Shown: positions 58,985-64,000 of the stretch, one piece after another | Layout of the letters: every line of letters begins with the position of its first letter | How positions within the stretch are numbered: position 1 is the stretch's first letter | DNA from: Alphaproteobacteria bacterium | GTDB taxonomy: Bacteria > Pseudomonadota > Alphaproteobacteria > SHVV01 | NCBI GenBank assembly: GCA_965261735.1 | Contig: OZ253470.1 | Location: forward strand, 928,001-992,000 | Reading direction: 5' to 3' | Length of the DNA: 64,000 bases | Position numbers and translations under genes: made by a program | Notes under the pieces: generated by a model | Database searches by the model: none | Told to the model about the DNA's origin: nothing | Seen by the model: only the letters and a program-made list of their open reading frames with translations

Positions 58985-60226
58985 CTAAACACTCTCGCTC
59001 AACCACCGGCGCAGACGGCCGAGGCGGCTCGGCGCGGCGGCCGCTTCGATCATCTCGTCGCGGGCCGCGCGTGCGGCGTAGCACAGCAGTCCCGCGCACG
59101 CCGTGAATGCCGGTCCACCCATGGCCTCGGCCAAGCCGCCGATACGGGTCGGCCGGCCGAGTCGGACCTGGCGGTCGAGGACGCGGCTCGCGAGCTCGCG
59201 CACGCCTTGCAGCTGGCTCGCGCCGCCGGTGAGGACGACACGCCGACCCGCCAGCTGTCGCGCGCCCGCGGAGTCGAGCCGGTCGCGCACGATCTCGAAA
59301 ATCTCCTCGAGCCGCGGCCGAATGATGCCGACCAGCATGGAACGCGCGACCGGATTTGTGCTCTCGGCCTCGTCCTCGCCGACCAGCGGCACATTGATGA
59401 CCTCGCCATGGTCGGACGGACTCGGCACGGCGCTGCCGTAGAGCGTCTTCATGCGCTCGGCGTGGACGGCCGGCGTCGCCAGCCCGCGGGCGATGTCGTT
59501 GGTCACGTGCTGGCCGCCGAGTGCGACGCTGTCGACGTGAACCAGGCTACCGCCGAGGAACACCCCGAGCGAGGTCGTGCCGCCGCCGAGATCGATCACG
59601 GTGACGCCGACCTCCATTTCGTCGTCGACCAGGCTGGCCAGCCCGGACGCATAGGCCGACTCGACGACCTGAGCGATGCGGAGGTCGCCGCGCTCGACAC
59701 ACAGCGCGAGATTGCGCAGCGGGCCGGGCGCCGCCGTGACGACGTGCAAATCGACGCCGAGCCTGGCCCCGAACATGCCGCGCGGCTCACGCACCCCATT
59801 CACGCCGTCGATCGAGTAGCCGACGGGAATCGCATGGATGATGCGGCCCTCTCCGGCATCGCTGTGGGCGCGCGCCTCGGCCAGAGCGCGGCCGATGTCG
59901 GCGTCGCCGACATGGTAACCGTTGATCGCCACTTCCGCCGTGACTCGCGTCGAGGCGGGACGGCACGCGGACAGGTTGAGATAGACCTCGTCAACCGTCT
60001 GTCCCGCCATGCGCTCGGCCGCGTCGACCGCGCCGCGGATCGACTCCTCGGCGGCCTGCATGTCGACGACGGCGCCGGCGGCGAGGCCTTTCGAGGCCTG
60101 ATATCCGATCCCGGCGACGCGAATCGCTCCACCGGACTCTTGGGCGACGAAGCAGCACACCTTGGAGGTGCCGACGTCGAGCGCCGTTAGGGTGCTGTTG
60201 CGGCCGCCGCCGAGGCCTACCGCCAT
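58985..60226 (-). CDS. ftsA: cell division protein FtsA
   Basis: LDVGTSK, IDLGGGTT, LTGGASQL. Confidence 0.95.
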   Translation of the reverse strand: MAVGLGGGRNSTLTALDVGTSKVCCFVAQESGGAIRVAGIGYQASKGLAAGAVVDMQAAEESIRGAVDAAERMAGQTVDEVYLNLSACRPASTRVTAEVAINGYHVGDADIGRALAEARAHSDAGEGRIIHAIPVGYSIDGVNGVREPRGMFGARLGVDLHVVTAAPGPLRNLALCVERGDLRIAQVVESAYASGLASLVDDEMEVGVTVIDLGGGTTSLGVFLGGSLVHVDSVALGGQHVTNDIARGLATPAVHAERMKTLYGSAVPSPSDHGEVINVPLVGEDEAESTNPVARSMLVGIIRPRLEEIFEIVRDRLDSAGARQLAGRRVVLTGGASQLQGVRELASRVLDRQVRLGRPTRIGGLAEAMGGPAFTACAGLLCYAARAARDEMIEAAAAPSRLGRLRRWLSESV

Positions 60227-60263
60227 GGCGTCCTCGCGATCTCGTAGAGCCCGTTCATGGCCT

Positions 60264-61109
60264 TCACGTGTCCTCGCCAGGCGCCCGCCGCGCCAATGCC
60301 GCCGGTGTCAGCTCGACGATGAGCCGATCGGGTATCCTCAGATCGATCGCCACCAGGTCGCGACCAAGGATCATGTGTTCGCGCTCGTACTCGGCGAGCC
60401 GGCGCCACGCCTCGCCGGCCGCCTCCTCGGGCAGCTTGACCTCTATGCTGTCGTCGAGCTTGAGGTTCCAGCGCCGCTCGCCGACGCGGACCGCCGCGCT
60501 CACGCGGAGCGCGAGGTCGGGCTCACCTGACAACATCTCGACGAGCGCCGCGGCATGCTCGGCGGCGTCCGGACCGACGACCAGCGGGAGGTGCGCGAAT
60601 CGGCCGAGCCGCTTGCTGGTGATGGCCGCGCCGTCGCGGCTGACGAGCATCAAGCCGCCATCATGTTGCCATAGCGCGAACGGCCGGCGCTCGATAAGGC
60701 GCACGTGGACCATGCCGGGCAGGCGCCGCGATACGGTCGCCGACTCGATCCAGCCGAGGGTCTCGAGCCGCGCCCGCGCCGCCTCGAGGTCGACACCGAG
60801 AATGGAAACACCCCGAGGGATGCCGAGGGCGACCTCGATCTCGGCGGCGCTCGCCTCGATGCGCCCGCTGACGTAGATATCCTTGACCGTGAGGCCGACG
60901 CTGGAAACGGCGCGCGCCGCCAGCGTCCGGCCCCAACGCACCGCCGCCGCCGGATAACCGGCATACCACAGCCCCCCACCGCCCGCGGCGAAGCCCACGA
61001 GCACCACGGCGATCGCCGCTCTCATGCGCCCGCGCGGGGGCCGGCGGCGGCGCGCCGCGGGAGCACGGGCACCCTGGTCGCGCCAGGCGCGAAGGGTCAG
61101 CGGAGACAT
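60264..61109 (-). CDS. ftsQ: cell division protein FtsQ
   Basis: TM, POTRA domain, ERRPFALWQ, RRWNL, IDLRIPDR. Confidence 0.9.
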   Translation of the reverse strand: MSPLTLRAWRDQGARAPAARRRRPPRGRMRAAIAVVLVGFAAGGGGLWYAGYPAAAVRWGRTLAARAVSSVGLTVKDIYVSGRIEASAAEIEVALGIPRGVSILGVDLEAARARLETLGWIESATVSRRLPGMVHVRLIERRPFALWQHDGGLMLVSRDGAAITSKRLGRFAHLPLVVGPDAAEHAAALVEMLSGEPDLALRVSAAVRVGERRWNLKLDDSIEVKLPEEAAGEAWRRLAEYEREHMILGRDLVAIDLRIPDRLIVELTPAALARRAPGEDT

Positions 61110-62008
61110 CCTGCGTCCTCGACAATCCAAGTCACGAGATCGGCAAAACCGATGCCGTCATACGCGGCGATCTCAGGCACCAGCGACAACGGCGTCATGC
61201 CAGGCTGGGTGTTGACCTCGAGCAGATAGAAGCGGCCCGGCGTACCCGACGTGTCGTCGTAGCGCAGGTCGGCGCGGGTGACGCCGCGGCAACCCAACGC
61301 CTCGTGCGCGAGCCCCCCAATCTCGAGAGCCTCGTCGTACGCCTGCGCCGGCAGCGGCGCCGGCATGACATGCACCGCCCTGCCCTCGCTGTACTTGGCT
61401 TCATAGTCGTAAAAGCGGCCGATCGGCTGAATCTCGATGGCGCCGAGCGCACGCTCGCCCATCACGGCAACGTGGATCTCGCGCCCTGGCACGTAACGCT
61501 CGACGAGAACCGAGTCGCCGTAGGGCCATTCGGCGAGATCGCTTGCCGCGGAATTGTCGCCCTCGAGCACGATGGTGACGCCGACGCTGGAGCCCTCATT
61601 GAGCGGCTTGACCACGTAGGGCGGGCTCATCACCGGGTGCGCGAGCAGGTCATCGCGTGTCACGACTTCGCCGTCTGGACAAGTCAGGCCGGCGTCGTGG
61701 AACAGGCGCCGTGCCGTCGGCTTGTGCATGGCCAGCGCCGAGGCGAGCACGCCGGAATGGGTGTAGGGAACGCCGAGCGTCTCGAGCACGCCCTGAATAC
61801 AGCCGTCCTCGCCGAACCCGCCGTGGAGCGCGTTGAAGGCGAGGTCGGGCGCTAGCTCGTTGAGCACGGCCGCGATGTCGCGGCCGACGTCGACCGTCGT
61901 CGCGCGATAGCCGCTCTGCTCGAGGGCTTCGGCGACGGCGTTGCCCGAGACCAGCGACACCTCCCGTTCGGCCGACCACCCGCCCATCAGCACGGCGACG
62001 TGAGTCAT
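61097..62008 (-). CDS. ddl: D-alanine--D-alanine ligase
   Basis: GGWSAEREVS, LHGGFGEDG, EGSSVG, YDYEAKY, EVNTQPGMT. Confidence 0.96.
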   Translation of the reverse strand: MTHVAVLMGGWSAEREVSLVSGNAVAEALEQSGYRATTVDVGRDIAAVLNELAPDLAFNALHGGFGEDGCIQGVLETLGVPYTHSGVLASALAMHKPTARRLFHDAGLTCPDGEVVTRDDLLAHPVMSPPYVVKPLNEGSSVGVTIVLEGDNSAASDLAEWPYGDSVLVERYVPGREIHVAVMGERALGAIEIQPIGRFYDYEAKYSEGRAVHVMPAPLPAQAYDEALEIGGLAHEALGCRGVTRADLRYDDTSGTPGRFYLLEVNTQPGMTPLSLVPEIAAYDGIGFADLVTWIVEDAGCLR

Positions 62009-62973
62009 GGCGCGACCTCGCCGACCGGACCCGCGGCATGGCGGCCGACGCGGCGGATCTCCCACTCCAGGGTCACGCCGGTCTCGGCGGCGACGCGGCG
62101 GCGCACCTCCTCGCCCAGCGCCTCCAAATCGGCGGCCGTGGCCGCGCCGGTATTGACGAGGAAGTTGCAGTGATGTTCGGAGACCACGGCGCTGCCGCGG
62201 CGCAAGCCGCGGCAGCCGGCGCGCTCGATCAGCTCCCACGCCTTGGCGCCGCCTGCGGCGGAGGCGTCGGGGTTGAGGAAGGTGCTGCCGCCGGTGCGGC
62301 TGCGCACCGGCTGGCTGTCCGCGCGCGCGCCCTGGACCGCCTCCATGCGGCGCGCGATCTCCGCCGGATCGTCCCGCTCGCCGTCGAGCGCGGCGGCGGT
62401 GAAGATCCAGTCCTCGGGCACGGCGCAGGTGCGATACCCGAATCCGATGTCCTCGGCGCCGAGGCGGTGGACGCTGCCGCGCGCATCGAGCGCCTCGGCC
62501 CAAGCGACGACGGCCGCCGCGTCGCCGCCGTAGGCGCCGCCGTTCATGCGCAGCGCACCGCCGATGGTGCCCGGCACGCCGCTCAGAAACTCGAGCCCGG
62601 CGATGCCGGCATCGCGCGCCACATGGGCGACGTTGAGGTCGAGCGCACCCGCGCCCGCATATACCTGCGGCCGCTCGCGGTCGGGCTCGATGGCGGCGAA
62701 GCCGCGACCCAAGCGAACAACCACGCCGTCGATGCCGCCGTCGCGGACCAGAAGATTCGAGGCGACGCCGATCACGGTCACCGGCACGTCCGCGGGCTTG
62801 GCGGCGAGGAAGGCGCTGAGGTCGTCCGCGTCGGCGGGCCGGAACATGACCTCGGCAGGGCCGCCGACGCGGAACCAGGTAACCCCGGCGAGCGGCGCGC
62901 GCACGCGGTAGCGGCCGCGGACCGGAGGTAGTCGGTCGATGAGCGCCGGCCGTTTCGCGCCCGCCGCCATCAT
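62005..62973 (-). CDS. murB: UDP-N-acetylenolpyruvoylglucosamine reductase
   Basis: [36 protein letters not shown]. Confidence 0.95.
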   Translation of the reverse strand: MMAAGAKRPALIDRLPPVRGRYRVRAPLAGVTWFRVGGPAEVMFRPADADDLSAFLAAKPADVPVTVIGVASNLLVRDGGIDGVVVRLGRGFAAIEPDRERPQVYAGAGALDLNVAHVARDAGIAGLEFLSGVPGTIGGALRMNGGAYGGDAAAVVAWAEALDARGSVHRLGAEDIGFGYRTCAVPEDWIFTAAALDGERDDPAEIARRMEAVQGARADSQPVRSRTGGSTFLNPDASAAGGAKAWELIERAGCRGLRRGSAVVSEHHCNFLVNTGAATAADLEALGEEVRRRVAAETGVTLEWEIRRVGRHAAGPVGEVAP

Positions 62974-64000
62974 GAGCGGGCTCCCGCTCGGTGAGGCCCA
63001 TCGGCGAGGAGCCGCGCCAGTTCGTCCGGCAGAGCCTCGGCCCACGCGGTGATGCTTCCGGCGCCGAGGCAAATCACCAGATCGCCCGGCGCCGCGATCT
63101 CGGCGACCATGCGTGCAAGGTCCCCCGGCGCATCGAGCGCGCGCACGGAGCGGTGGCCGTGGCGGCGCAGCCCATCGACCAAGGCGTCGCGGCCGATACC
63201 CCGAAGCGGGTCCTCGCCGGCCGCGTAGATGTCGGCGACGACGACCGTGTCGGCATCGTTGAAGCAGCTGCAGAACTCGTCGAACAGGTGTTGCACGCGC
63301 GTGTAGCGGTGCGGCTGCATGACCGCGACGATGCGGCCCTCATAGGCGGTTCGGGCGGCACTCAGGACGGCGGCGATCTCGACCGGATGGTGAGCGTAGT
63401 CGTCGATCACGGTGATACCGCCGGCTTCGCCCGTGCGCGTGAAACGGCGCTTCACGCCCTTGAATCCGGCGAGCGCGCGCCGGACCACGTCGTCCGCCAT
63501 CCCCATTTCGCGCGCCACCGCGACCGCGGCCAAGGAGTTGAGCACGTTGTGGGCGCCGGGCATCGGAAGCGACAGACCCTGGAGGGTGCGGCGCGTGCCG
63601 AGCGCCCGATCGGTATGGATGACGTCGTAGGTCGACCCCTGCGCCGAGTACTGCGCGTTGACCGCGCACACATCAGCCTGAGGCGCGATCCCGTAGGTAA
63701 CGAGGCGGCGGTCCGAGATACGCCCGATCATCGCCTGGACCTCGGGGTGGTCGATGCACAGGGCGGCGAAGCCATAGAAGGGGATGTTCTCGACGAAGGT
63801 CTGAAAGGCCCGGCGCTCGGCGTCGAAATCGCCGTAGAAATCGAGATGCTCGGGGTCGATGTTGGTGACCACCGCGATCGTCGCCGGCAGCTTGACGAAG
63901 GTCCCGTCCGATTCATCGGCCTCGACGACCATCCAGTCGCCGTCGCCGAGGCGGGTGTTGGTGCCGTAGGCGTTGATGATGCCGCCGTTGATGACCGTGG
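62970..64000 (-). CDS. murC: UDP-N-acetylmuramate--L-alanine ligase (5' part outside window)
   Basis: [27 protein letters not shown]. Confidence 0.95.
   Translation of the reverse strand, partial: TVINGGIINAYGTNTRLGDGDWMVVEADESDGTFVKLPATIAVVTNIDPEHLDFYGDFDAERRAFQTFVENIPFYGFAALCIDHPEVQAMIGRISDRRLVTYGIAPQADVCAVNAQYSAQGSTYDVIHTDRALGTRRTLQGLSLPMPGAHNVLNSLAAVAVAREMGMADDVVRRALAGFKGVKRRFTRTGEAGGITVIDDYAHHPVEIAAVLSAARTAYEGRIVAVMQPHRYTRVQHLFDEFCSCFNDADTVVVADIYAAGEDPLRGIGRDALVDGLRRHGHRSVRALDAPGDLARMVAEIAAPGDLVICLGAGSITAWAEALPDELARLLADGPHRAGARS

Noticed and set aside
61097-63001. 634-aa ORF suggesting a MurB-Ddl fusion
   Set aside because: The upstream part is an off-frame reading of murB; ddl starts at 62008.

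Overview
High-GC alphaproteobacterial (Rhodospirillales-like) chromosome segment, mostly core genes: rodA-mrdA-mreDCB, leuA-ilvC-ilvN-ilvB, miaA/serB, degQ-hflCK, mrp, thyX, two-piece tmRNA-sspB, fumC, asmA, uvrD, prmA, pepP, ligA-recN-bamD-lpxC-ftsZAQ-ddl-murB-murC. There are two accessory zones. (1) 1-9 kb: a DddP-like M24 enzyme, a B12 radical SAM gene, an intact IS1182, decayed MCP and M20 genes, and the remnant of an element integrated at tRNA-Lys(CTT) (IS1595 with a P63C passenger inserted in a terminase pseudogene). (2) 47.9-50.6 kb: a tandemly duplicated convergent cassette of an unknown exported protein and a T4-lysozyme-like muramidase. One copy is largely intact and the other is decayed. 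This is the best candidate for an undescribed effector/immunity-type system. Several further pseudogenes and a frameshift in uvrD suggest gene decay or consensus errors. All calls come from reading the sequence; no database searches were run.
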